The notes below the pieces were generated by a model. That model did no database searches and was not told the origin of the DNA. It was given only the letters and a program-made list of their open reading frames with translations. Source: an uncultured Eubacteriales bacterium (GTDB lineage Bacteria; Bacillota; Clostridia; Oscillospirales; Acutalibacteraceae). Taken from it: DNA of 64,000 nt. The position numbers were made by a program, and so were the translations under genes. The stretch is taken from the NCBI GenBank assembly GCA_900315785.1, contig ONAL01000010.1:4437-68436 (forward strand). The letters are read 5' to 3'. Below are positions 38,643 to 45,764 of the stretch, one piece after another. Every line of letters starts with the position of its first letter. Positions within the stretch are counted from its first letter, which is position 1.

Positions 38643-40381
38643 ATGAAAACTATGACTAGGCGTTCATTAGCTATTGTTCTTGCAGTAATGATGGTATTTT
38701 CTTCCATGATTATGGGCGCGATTACAGCGAACGCCGCTAATTATGATTGGTATCTTGTCGGCGACAATGCTGATATCTTTGGCGCTGCTTGGACTCCTGC
38801 TCAGGATGCTAACGGTATGACAAAGCAGGCTGACGGCACCTACATCAAGACCTATGAAATCACCAAGGCTGCTACCGTAGAGTATAAGATTACTGATTCA
38901 CAGGGTTGGATCGGAGAAAATCAGGTTCCCAGATACAACAACCAGACAGTAACCGTTGCCGCAGGTGATACTCTTACATTTACTTATAACGGAACAACTC
39001 TTACGGCTTCAACAGGTAAACCTGTAGTAAGCTATGATTTCTATGTAGCAGGCGTAGCAGGTCTCTGCGGTGCAGAGTGGAATCCTTCCGCTGAGGCTAA
39101 CGGTATGACAAAGCAGGCTGACGGTTCTTACACAAAGGTTTATGAGAACGTAGCAGCAGGCACATACAAGTATAAGGTTACAAACGGCTCATGGAAGACC
39201 ACTTACACTGACGGTTCTGCAGGCGATAAAGACAACAACTCTCAGGTAGTTGTTGAAACTGCAGATTCCACTGTAACAATCACTCTGAGCTCTGACAAGA
39301 AGGTCAGCTCAGCAGTAGTTGCTCCCGCAGCTCCGACAACAGTTGAGCCCACAACAGTTGAGCCTACAACAGCAGAGCCTACAACAGCAGAGCCCACAAC
39401 AGTTGAGCCTACAACAGCTGAGCCTACAACACAGCCTGCACCCGTATTGGCTGACGGCTTCTATCTTGCAGGCGTAGACGGTCACTGGACTGTAGATACA
39501 ATCTCTGCTGACCTCAAGTTCAATGCTAACCCCGGTAAGGAAGGCGAGTATGTTCTCACAGCGTACAGTGGGAGAAGTTCGGCGGATACTTCTACATCAC
39601 TCCTCAGGCATTTGACTACACAGTAACTTATAACTACAACTATGACGACGAAGACCTCACAGTTACAAAGACAGTTACAGCTGAGGCTGCTAACATCGAG
39701 GACGCTATCAAGGCTAACGCTCCCAAGGTTGACAACTCCGTTTCCGATTACGCAGTTGGCGAAATCAAGAAGGGCGAGGGCAACACCTACTCAGTAACAC
39801 TCGACGCAACAGCTAAGAAGTACACAGTATCTCTTAACGGTCAGCCTATGGATCAGGAATTCGCTTATATGGACAAGGCTACAGTAACATCCGATAAGGA
39901 CGCTGCGTTCATCATTGACGGACAGGTAGTTGGCTACGGCAAGAGCTTCACATTCTTTGTAGTCGGCGATACAGATGTTACAACTGACGAGACAAAGACA
40001 ATCGAAGACTTCGCTTCCATCTCCAAGACAGCTACAATCGCTGCTGACGGCAAGGTAACAGTAGAGTTGCTGGCATCCGCAGTTGTTGAGAAGTTCGACA
40101 GAATGGGCGTTGCATTCGCTAAGGCTGAGAAGACACAGGCTGAGATTGAGGCTGCGGTTAAGGCTATTACAAGCGGCACAGCTGCAAGCAACAAGATCGC
40201 TGTTCACAACTCTGACGTTACAGAGGCTAACGAGTCCGGTCAGTATCAGTTCATCTATGCTCCGTATGTAACAGACGGATACAGCGGCAAGCTCTACTTC
40301 TACACATTCGCAGTTGATACAGACGGCAACGTTCTCGTAAGCGCTGCTTCAGAAGTTGATTACGCTAACATCGGCAAATAA
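38643..40381 (+). pseudogene. secreted multi-module carbohydrate-binding-like surface protein, reading frame broken once
   Basis: Signal peptide; two ~100-aa paralogous modules (YDWYLVG..GMTKQADGTY..YKIT / YDFYVAG..GMTKQADGSY..YKVT); TTxEP linker; frame switches between 39539 and 39600 (most likely near 39561-39566) to ..VQWEKFGGYFYITPQ.. which stays open to 40381; 1739 nt becomes 580 codons with one base added. Confidence 0.6.
39336..39437 (+). repeat. 15-nt tandem repeat, 6 full units plus a partial one, encoding (T-T-[VA]-E-P)n linker
   Basis: ACAACAGTTGAGCCC-type units in direct succession with only third-position and V/A codon changes. Confidence 0.95.
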
Positions 40382-40392
40382 GGAGGATTATA

Positions 40393-40512
40393 ATGAAAAA
40401 GTATGTTGCTCCTGAGCTCGAGAAAATCGAGTACGAAGTTGAGGAATGTCTCGGCACTTCCGGCATCGGCAAAGAGAGCGGAGATATTACTGATATCGTT
40501 AACGGTATCTAA
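40393..40512 (+). CDS. small peptide 1 (39 aa): MKKYVAPELEKIEYEVEECLGTSGIGKESGDITDIVNGI
   Basis: AGGAGG 6 nt upstream of ATG, 12 nt after the surface-protein stop; strong hairpin downstream; paralogue at 40730. Confidence 0.7.
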   Translation: MKKYVAPELEKIEYEVEECLGTSGIGKESGDITDIVNGI

Positions 40513-40528
40513 TTCGTTAATTTAACGC

Positions 40529-40557
40529 ATGAGGGCTGCCTCGGCGGCAGCCCTCAT
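40529..40557 (+). terminator. strong GC hairpin after small peptide 1 (no clear U tract)
   Basis: ATGAGGGCTGCC-tcggc-GGCAGCCCTCAT, 12-bp perfect stem. Confidence 0.55.
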
Positions 40558-40655
40558 CTGATATACTGTGCAATTTGACGGTGTGATTGTGCATAACGTA
40601 AAAATTTCTTTTGAAATTTTATGCAATATTCATCTATTAAAATGGCAGTTATCTA

Positions 40656-40684
40656 TTGATTTATTTATGAAATGATGATAAAAT
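40656..40684 (+). promoter_or_regulatory. sigma-A type promoter for small peptide 2
   Basis: TTGATT, 17-nt spacer, TAAAAT. Confidence 0.55.
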
Positions 40685-40729
40685 AGTCATGATGTGATGG
40701 TTTTATCCGAAATTTAGGAGGACGCAATT

Positions 40730-40855
40730 ATGAGACAATATATAGCTCCCGAAATCGAGAAAATCGAATATGAGGTTGCGGACTCTCTTTTGGGGTCAAA
40801 GACCATTCCAAGGGAGACCGATGACATCGGTGCTATTATTCACGATTTAGATTAA
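40730..40855 (+). CDS. small peptide 2 (41 aa): MRQYIAPEIEKIEYEVADSLLGSKTIPRETDDIGAIIHDLD
   Basis: AGGAGG 8 nt upstream of ATG; terminator downstream; residues 4-16 nearly identical to peptide 1, differing mostly by synonymous changes. Confidence 0.7.
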   Translation: MRQYIAPEIEKIEYEVADSLLGSKTIPRETDDIGAIIHDLD

Positions 40856-40876
40856 GTTCATAATAAAGTCTGATTA

Positions 40877-40911
40877 AGCGGACAGGTTCGCCTGTCCGCT
40901 TTGTTGTTTTT
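40877..40911 (+). terminator. rho-independent terminator after small peptide 2
   Basis: AGCGGACAGG-ttcg-CCTGTCCGCT followed by TTGTTGTTTTT. Confidence 0.85.
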
Positions 40912-40920
40912 ACGCAAAGA

Positions 40921-40944
40921 AAAAGCTCCCTTTCGGGAGCTTTT
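40921..40944 (-). terminator. terminator of the glucokinase gene (usable on both strands)
   Basis: AAAAGCTCCC-tttc-GGGAGCTTTT. Confidence 0.8.
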
Positions 40945-40965
40945 GTCGTTTTGGTTGTTATTGTA

Positions 40966-41937
40966 TCAGAGGCACGCCGCTCCGATAATTCCCGCGTCGT
41001 TGCCGAGGCTTGCGGCACAGATAATTGTCTGCTTGTCGTTGTGCTTTGTGATCCTCTCCTGCTCAACAATTGCTCTGACAGGCGCCAGGAGCGTGTCGCC
41101 CTGCTTGCTTACGCCGCCGCCTACACAGAGGATATCGGGCTGGAAGATGTTGATAACGTTAACGATACCGCACGCAAGGTAGCTTACATACTCGTCGATA
41201 ACCTTCTTACCTGTCGCGTCGCCGTCCTTCATAGCATCGAACGGTGTTTTGCCGTTAACCGCCTCGATGTCGCCGTCAACTGCGTCGAGCATATACGAGA
41301 ACTCCGCCTTTTCGCCGCGGATTGCGTCCTTTGTCTGGTTAATCAGAGCCGTAGCCGAAGCGTATGCTTCCCAGCAGCCGTGTCTGCCGCAGCCGCACTG
41401 CTTGCCGCCCTTGACAATTACCATATGACCGAGCTCAGCACCCGCAAAATTCGAACCGCTGTAGATTTTGCCGTCGATAATAATACCGCCGCCTACGCCT
41501 GTGCCGAGCGTAATGCAAACCGCGTTTTTGCAGCCCTTAGCCGAGCCCGCGAGGAACTCTCCGAGAGCCGCCGCGTTCGCGTCGTTCTCAATCTTAACAT
41601 ATTTGTGGAGCCTTTCCTCCATCATTTTGCTGACTTCCCAGTTGGTGAAGAAGAGGTTCGGTGAGGTCTCAACGATTCTTGTCTCGGGGTTAACCGCTCC
41701 GGGAACGCCGATTCCGACATACGCGATATCGTCCATTGTGAGCTTGGCTTTTTTGATTGCCTTCTTGACAACATCCGCCATGGAATCGCACACATCAGCC
41801 TCGGGACGGGGGATAGCCGTCTTGCAGTCCGCCTTTGCGATAATCTCGTATTCGTTAGCCTTTGTGTCGTGCTTGACAACGCCCGCGACAATGTTTGTGC
41901 CGCCCAAATCAATTCCGACTGTGTATTCTACTGACAT
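40966..41937 (-). CDS. glcK: ROK-family glucokinase
   Basis: DLGGTN N-terminus and ROK zinc motif (GHMVI...CGCGRHGCWE). Confidence 0.9.
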   Translation of the reverse strand: MSVEYTVGIDLGGTNIVAGVVKHDTKANEYEIIAKADCKTAIPRPEADVCDSMADVVKKAIKKAKLTMDDIAYVGIGVPGAVNPETRIVETSPNLFFTNWEVSKMMEERLHKYVKIENDANAAALGEFLAGSAKGCKNAVCITLGTGVGGGIIIDGKIYSGSNFAGAELGHMVIVKGGKQCGCGRHGCWEAYASATALINQTKDAIRGEKAEFSYMLDAVDGDIEAVNGKTPFDAMKDGDATGKKVIDEYVSYLACGIVNVINIFQPDILCVGGGVSKQGDTLLAPVRAIVEQERITKHNDKQTIICAASLGNDAGIIGAACL

Positions 41938-42122
41938 AGGAAAAACCCTCCCTTATTTTTATAGTTTAATTATATCAATGTTAATGGGAAAAGTCTATAT
42001 ATAATCGCAAGTTTCGGCAATAATTTTTTGTAAATCGCGTCTGAGTATAAAAGAGAAAAAACGAGCAAAACGGCGAAATCAAAAGAACGTGAAATCTATT
42101 TTAAAAAATACCGAAAAAAGTG

Positions 42123-42151
42123 TTGACATCCGCGCCTCAAAAGATTATAAT
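42123..42151 (+). promoter_or_regulatory. consensus sigma-A promoter of rplM-rpsI
   Basis: TTGACA, 17-nt spacer, TATAAT. Confidence 0.7.
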
Positions 42152-42185
42152 AACAAGGCACTAAAAAAGTTCAGGAGGAAACGCT

Positions 42186-42614
42186 ATGTCAACTTATATG
42201 GCTAAAAAAGGCGAAATCGATCGCAAGTGGTATGTAATCGACGCTGCGGGCAAGCCCCTCGGCCGAGTTGCCGCTCAGGCTGCCGTTCTCTTAAGAGGCA
42301 AGCACAAGACTACATTCACTCCCCATGTTGATTGCGGCGACCACGTAATCATCATCAACTGCAAGGACGCTGTTTTAACAGGCAACAAGCTCACTCAGAA
42401 GAAATGGCAGCGCCACACAGGCTACATCGGTCACTTAAAGGAAACACGTTACGATACTCTTATGGCTACACGCCCCACAAAGGCTATGGAGCTCGCAGTT
42501 AAGGGTATGATTCCTTCCAATACTATCGGCAGAAGCGCGCTTCTCAGACTTCGTCTGTTCGAGGGCGCTGAACACAACCACCAGGCTCAGAAGCCTGAGG
42601 CTGTAGAAGCTTAA
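42186..42614 (+). CDS. rplM: 50S ribosomal protein L13
   Basis: 142 aa; RKWYVIDA start and conserved L13 core. Confidence 0.97.
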   Translation: MSTYMAKKGEIDRKWYVIDAAGKPLGRVAAQAAVLLRGKHKTTFTPHVDCGDHVIIINCKDAVLTGNKLTQKKWQRHTGYIGHLKETRYDTLMATRPTKAMELAVKGMIPSNTIGRSALLRLRLFEGAEHNHQAQKPEAVEA

Positions 42615-42630
42615 GAAGGAGGAATAAATA

Positions 42631-43032
42631 ATGTACGATAAGGCACCTTATTTTTACGGCACAGGCAGAAGAAAGTCTTCTGTAGCTCGTGTAAGACTTT
42701 ACCAGGGTACAGGTAAGGTAACAATCAACGACAGAGATATCGACGATTACTTTGGTCTTGAGACACTCAAGTTAATCGTTCGCCAGCCCCTCGAGCTCAC
42801 CGAAACAGGCGAGAAGTTCGACGTTGTTTGTCGCGTAAACGGCGGCGGCGTTACAGGTCAGGCAGGCGCAATCCGTCACGGTATCGCAAGAGCTCTCCTT
42901 CAGTATGACAGCGACGCACTCCGTCACGCTCTCAAGAAGGCAGGCTTCCTCACTCGTGACCCGAGAATGAAGGAAAGAAAGAAGTACGGTCTCAAAGCCG
43001 CTCGTCGCGCTCCCCAGTTCTCGAAGAGATAA
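42631..43032 (+). CDS. rpsI: 30S ribosomal protein S9
   Basis: 133 aa; GTGRRK N-terminal region and C-terminal PQFSKR. Confidence 0.97.
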   Translation: MYDKAPYFYGTGRRKSSVARVRLYQGTGKVTINDRDIDDYFGLETLKLIVRQPLELTETGEKFDVVCRVNGGGVTGQAGAIRHGIARALLQYDSDALRHALKKAGFLTRDPRMKERKKYGLKAARRAPQFSKR

Positions 43033-43089
43033 TCACATACTTTGGTTATTTATCAGACCTTCCGTTTTTTCGGGAGGTCTGTTCTTTTT
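42993..43089 (+). repeat. copy 1 (functional) of the rpsI 3' end plus terminator module
   Basis: CAAAGCCGC...AGTTCTCGAAGAGATAA, 23 nt, then CAGACCTTCCG-tttttt-CGGGAGGTCTG and TTCTTTTT; this is the rpsI terminator. Confidence 0.9.
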
Positions 43090-43111
43090 GACCACTGAGG
43101 CGTCCTCGGAG

Positions 43112-43195
43112 CAAAGCCGCGACAGTGCTCCAAGAGATAAAAGTTATATTTGTATTTTTTTCAAGGCTTCCGATTGTTGAGAGCCTTGCTTTTTA
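43112..43195 (+). repeat. copy 2 (decayed) of the rpsI 3' end plus terminator module
   Basis: Collinear CAAAGCCGC (9/9), GCTCC, a 10-nt gap, AAGAGATAA (9/9), T-rich spacer, CTTCCGATT inside a re-paired hairpin CAAGGCT/AGCCTTG, then CTTTTT. Confidence 0.7.
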
Positions 43196-43240
43196 TTGAT
43201 CATATTTCTCAAAAAACTTTGTAGTATTTGTCAAAAAACC

Positions 43241-43269
43241 TTGACATTCTGTTAATCGACCAGTATAAT
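43241..43269 (+). promoter_or_regulatory. consensus sigma-A promoter of the islet operon
   Basis: TTGACA, 17-nt spacer, TATAAT, 55 nt upstream of the ATG at 43325. Confidence 0.7.
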
Positions 43270-43324
43270 GTAATGATTTAGATTTAAGTCTAATTGGACG
43301 GATGTGGGCAGAAAGGAGAGTACA

Positions 43325-43981
43325 ATGTATCATTATATCGAAGATAAGGAATATATTCATAAAATGCGTATGCTTTGCGGCGAGGTAATGCAAGGGCTAT
43401 GCCACTGCCTGAAAGAAAATTATGATATCGGAGCTGTGTTTTACTTGGTTGGTAGTGGCGCAAGAAATCTGATTCTTCAAAACGCGGATAAACCTGTTGA
43501 TCTAGATTATAATTTAGAAATTATTAAATGTGAGGATTTTGAAGATTGCCGACATATCAATGATTGTATTCAAAAGTCATTTAATAAAATCCTGCGTGAA
43601 TATTGTTTATCTGACTGTCAAAACTCCACGTCATCGCTCGCTTCTGGAAGAATATATTTTACAAATGGAAATCAAACAGAGTTTTCAATGGATGTTTGTA
43701 TTACATGTAAGGATAATAATGGGAGCTACTATCGTTTGATATGCAAGAAGACAGGTTTTGTGTTCAATGATGAATACTATTGGAACATAGCACCTAAATC
43801 AAAAGAGTTAAAGAAAAGAGCGGATTATATCAAAAAAAGCGGGAAATGGCAATTAGTTCGTCAGCAGTATCTCAAAATAAAAAACAATTATTTGAAACGA
43901 AATGATACAAAAAACCACCCGTCTTTTATTTGTTATATTGAAGCCGTAAACAATGTGTATAATTCAAGGAAACATTGGTAA
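43325..43981 (+). CDS. minimal Pol-beta-superfamily nucleotidyltransferase (218 aa), subfamily unresolved (SMODS/CD-NTase-like by motif spacing)
   Basis: GAAAGGAGAG RBS; G43-S44, 14 residues, D59-L-D61, third acidic residue in FSMD123VCI about 60 residues later; AT-rich codon usage unlike its neighbours. Confidence 0.5.
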   Translation: MYHYIEDKEYIHKMRMLCGEVMQGLCHCLKENYDIGAVFYLVGSGARNLILQNADKPVDLDYNLEIIKCEDFEDCRHINDCIQKSFNKILREYCLSDCQNSTSSLASGRIYFTNGNQTEFSMDVCITCKDNNGSYYRLICKKTGFVFNDEYYWNIAPKSKELKKRADYIKKSGKWQLVRQQYLKIKNNYLKRNDTKNHPSFICYIEAVNNVYNSRKHW

Positions 43982-43995
43982 GAAGGAGGTTAACA

Positions 43996-44676
43996 ATGTA
44001 TTGTAGGAATTGCGGAAGCAAAATTGATGACAATTCAACATACTGTACTCGTTGCGGTGCGAGGATTGATGATATTGTACATCCTAATGATTCCGATGAA
44101 GGTTCAAGTGTTTGGTTTGCTGTTTTAGGATTTTTTATTCCGATTGTAGGGTTTATTTTGTTCCTAGTTTATGAAGGAAAGAAGCCCAAGAGGGCAAAAG
44201 CTGCGGGTAAAGGAGCGTTGATTGGTTTTATAACTAAAATTGCTGTATCAATTATTCTTACGATTTTATATGTTATTTTTGCATCGTCGATATTTAATAC
44301 AATTGTTAACGTAAATGATATAACAGTCCCTAACATCAGTAGTATTTTCCAAGAAGAGAGTACAGATGAAATCCTGAAGAATTATATAGATGTTAGTTTT
44401 GGTGAGTTTAGGGTTTCGGGAGATAAGTATTTGCCTGAAACATCGCTTGATGTTACAGTAAAAAACAAATCGAAAAAACAGTTAAGCTTTTACATAACAA
44501 TAGAAGCAGTGGATAAAACAGGAAAAAGAATAGGGACGGATGAGGTTAACGTTGAGGATTTGAATCCGAGACAGAATGTAACGCTAACAGCTTTTGAATT
44601 TGTAGATGAAGAGATGATACCGAAACTGGAAAAGGCAACATTTCAAGTGTTAAAAGCTGAAAAGTTTGATTATTAG
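43996..44676 (+). CDS. zinc-ribbon protein with two hydrophobic segments and a C-terminal beta-rich domain
   Basis: GAAGGAGG RBS; CRNCG...CTRCG ribbon; VWFAVLGFFIPIVGFILFLVY, KKPKRAKAAGKG, ALIGFITKIAVSIILTILYVIF; soluble tail of about 120 aa; 14 nt after the NTase stop. Confidence 0.7.
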   Translation: MYCRNCGSKIDDNSTYCTRCGARIDDIVHPNDSDEGSSVWFAVLGFFIPIVGFILFLVYEGKKPKRAKAAGKGALIGFITKIAVSIILTILYVIFASSIFNTIVNVNDITVPNISSIFQEESTDEILKNYIDVSFGEFRVSGDKYLPETSLDVTVKNKSKKQLSFYITIEAVDKTGKRIGTDEVNVEDLNPRQNVTLTAFEFVDEEMIPKLEKATFQVLKAEKFDY

Positions 44677-44748
44677 GTTTTGTGAGTTGCTGTGAGATTC
44701 TTTCCGTACACAACACACAAGAAACAAAACAACGCAAAAGCCCTGTAA

Positions 44749-44845
44749 ACAAGCCAACTTTAGCGTTTGAAAAGTTCTCAAAGAGATAATATTTTCTTTA
44801 TGTTTTCTGCAAACCTTCCGATTATTCGGGAGGTTTGTTTTTGTT
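44749..44845 (+). repeat. copy 3 (decayed) of the rpsI 3' end plus terminator module; acts as terminator of the islet operon
   Basis: AGTTCTCaAAGAGATAAT is 17/18 identical to the rpsI end; hairpin CAAACCTTCCG-attatt-CGGGAGGTTTG has identical 8-nt cores and a compensatory G:C to A:T change; then TTTTTGTT. Confidence 0.8.
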
Positions 44846-44945
44846 GAAAAATCGTTTGCGTTATGCCAGACTGGCAGTGTAAGGGAGTGATTGATAATGA
44901 GCTGCAAATCCGAAATTGAATCGCCGCGCAAAAGAGCGGCTTTGA

Positions 44946-45026
44946 ACGGTATTTAAGCTGATTGCGATTATTGCAATGACGGTAGACCACCTGACCTGGC
45001 TTTTTATCGGGAACACAGGCGATTGA
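44946..45026 (+). pseudogene. possible relic of a TraX-family acyltransferase N-terminus
   Basis: Short open frame ..FKLIAIIAMTVDHLTWLFIGNTGD-stop resembles the LKxIAxxxMxxDHxxW start of TraX proteins; stop codons on both sides, no RBS. Confidence 0.3.
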
Positions 45027-45250
45027 TTTTGTATTCCGGACGTTTATTTACGCCTTGCGGTTCACGGAATTATTCCGATAATTATGTGACCGTATAGTTT
45101 TAAGGCTCCTTTGTACAATCTGCATAAATAACAGCCCTGATTTTTGGATAGTAAAATCAATGGTTTTATGGTACAATTAAAATGTGGGAAAGGTTATTCC
45201 CGCGAAGGCAAAAGCCTTTTGGCTCTATTATCTGAAAAGGAGTGCTATTT

Positions 45251-45613
45251 ATGAAAAAGTTTTTGAGAGTTATTGCGGTTGTAATGGCTATGTCGCTCTT
45301 GGTTCTGACCTTCGGCGCCTGCGGCTCGTCGGGCGGCTCGGACACCTCCTCAAAGGCTGAGGAAAAAACAGGAATCATCGGCAGCTGGGAGTATGAGACA
45401 GGCGGTTACACCTATACCTTTAACGATGACGGCACAGGCTCATACGCTGTAGGCGAAAACAAGATGGAATTCACCTACAAGGACAACGGCAAGGCTGTAG
45501 AAATCCTCTACACAGGCAACACTGACGCGAGCACATATGAGTACAAAATCGACGGCGATATGCTCATCATCAAGGATAGTCTCGGCAATGATGTTAAGTA
45601 CAAGAAGAAGTAA
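45251..45613 (+). CDS. small lipoprotein (lipocalin-like/DUF5640-like)
   Basis: Signal peptide with lipobox LTFGAC; IIGSWEYETGGYTYTFNDDGTGSY pattern. Confidence 0.7.
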   Translation: MKKFLRVIAVVMAMSLLVLTFGACGSSGGSDTSSKAEEKTGIIGSWEYETGGYTYTFNDDGTGSYAVGENKMEFTYKDNGKAVEILYTGNTDASTYEYKIDGDMLIIKDSLGNDVKYKKK

Positions 45614-45657
45614 TTAATCAAAGGTTATTTGGTATTGAAAAAATAGGAAACTCAGCT

Positions 45658-45694
45658 CGGGAGCGGTTCATACCGCTCCCGTTCGTTGTTTTCG
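45658..45694 (+). terminator. rho-independent terminator
   Basis: CGGGAGCGGT-tcat-ACCGCTCCCG followed by TTCGTTGTTTTCG. Confidence 0.8.
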
Positions 45695-45706
45695 TTCTAT
45701 TTTTAA

Positions 45707-45735
45707 TTGACTATATCCTCCCGAAATGTTATAAT
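45707..45735 (+). promoter_or_regulatory. near-consensus sigma-A promoter of the AsnB-like gene
   Basis: TTGACT, 17-nt spacer, TATAAT; CAGGAGGAA RBS before the ATG at 45765. Confidence 0.7.
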
Positions 45736-45764
45736 TTCTACATAATTCGACAGGAGGAATACTA

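Noticed and set aside
44650-44990. Two minus-strand ORFs (93 aa and 70 aa) in the right flank of the islet
   Set aside because: They span the operon terminator and non-coding AT-rich DNA. They have no RBS and no recognisable sequence features.
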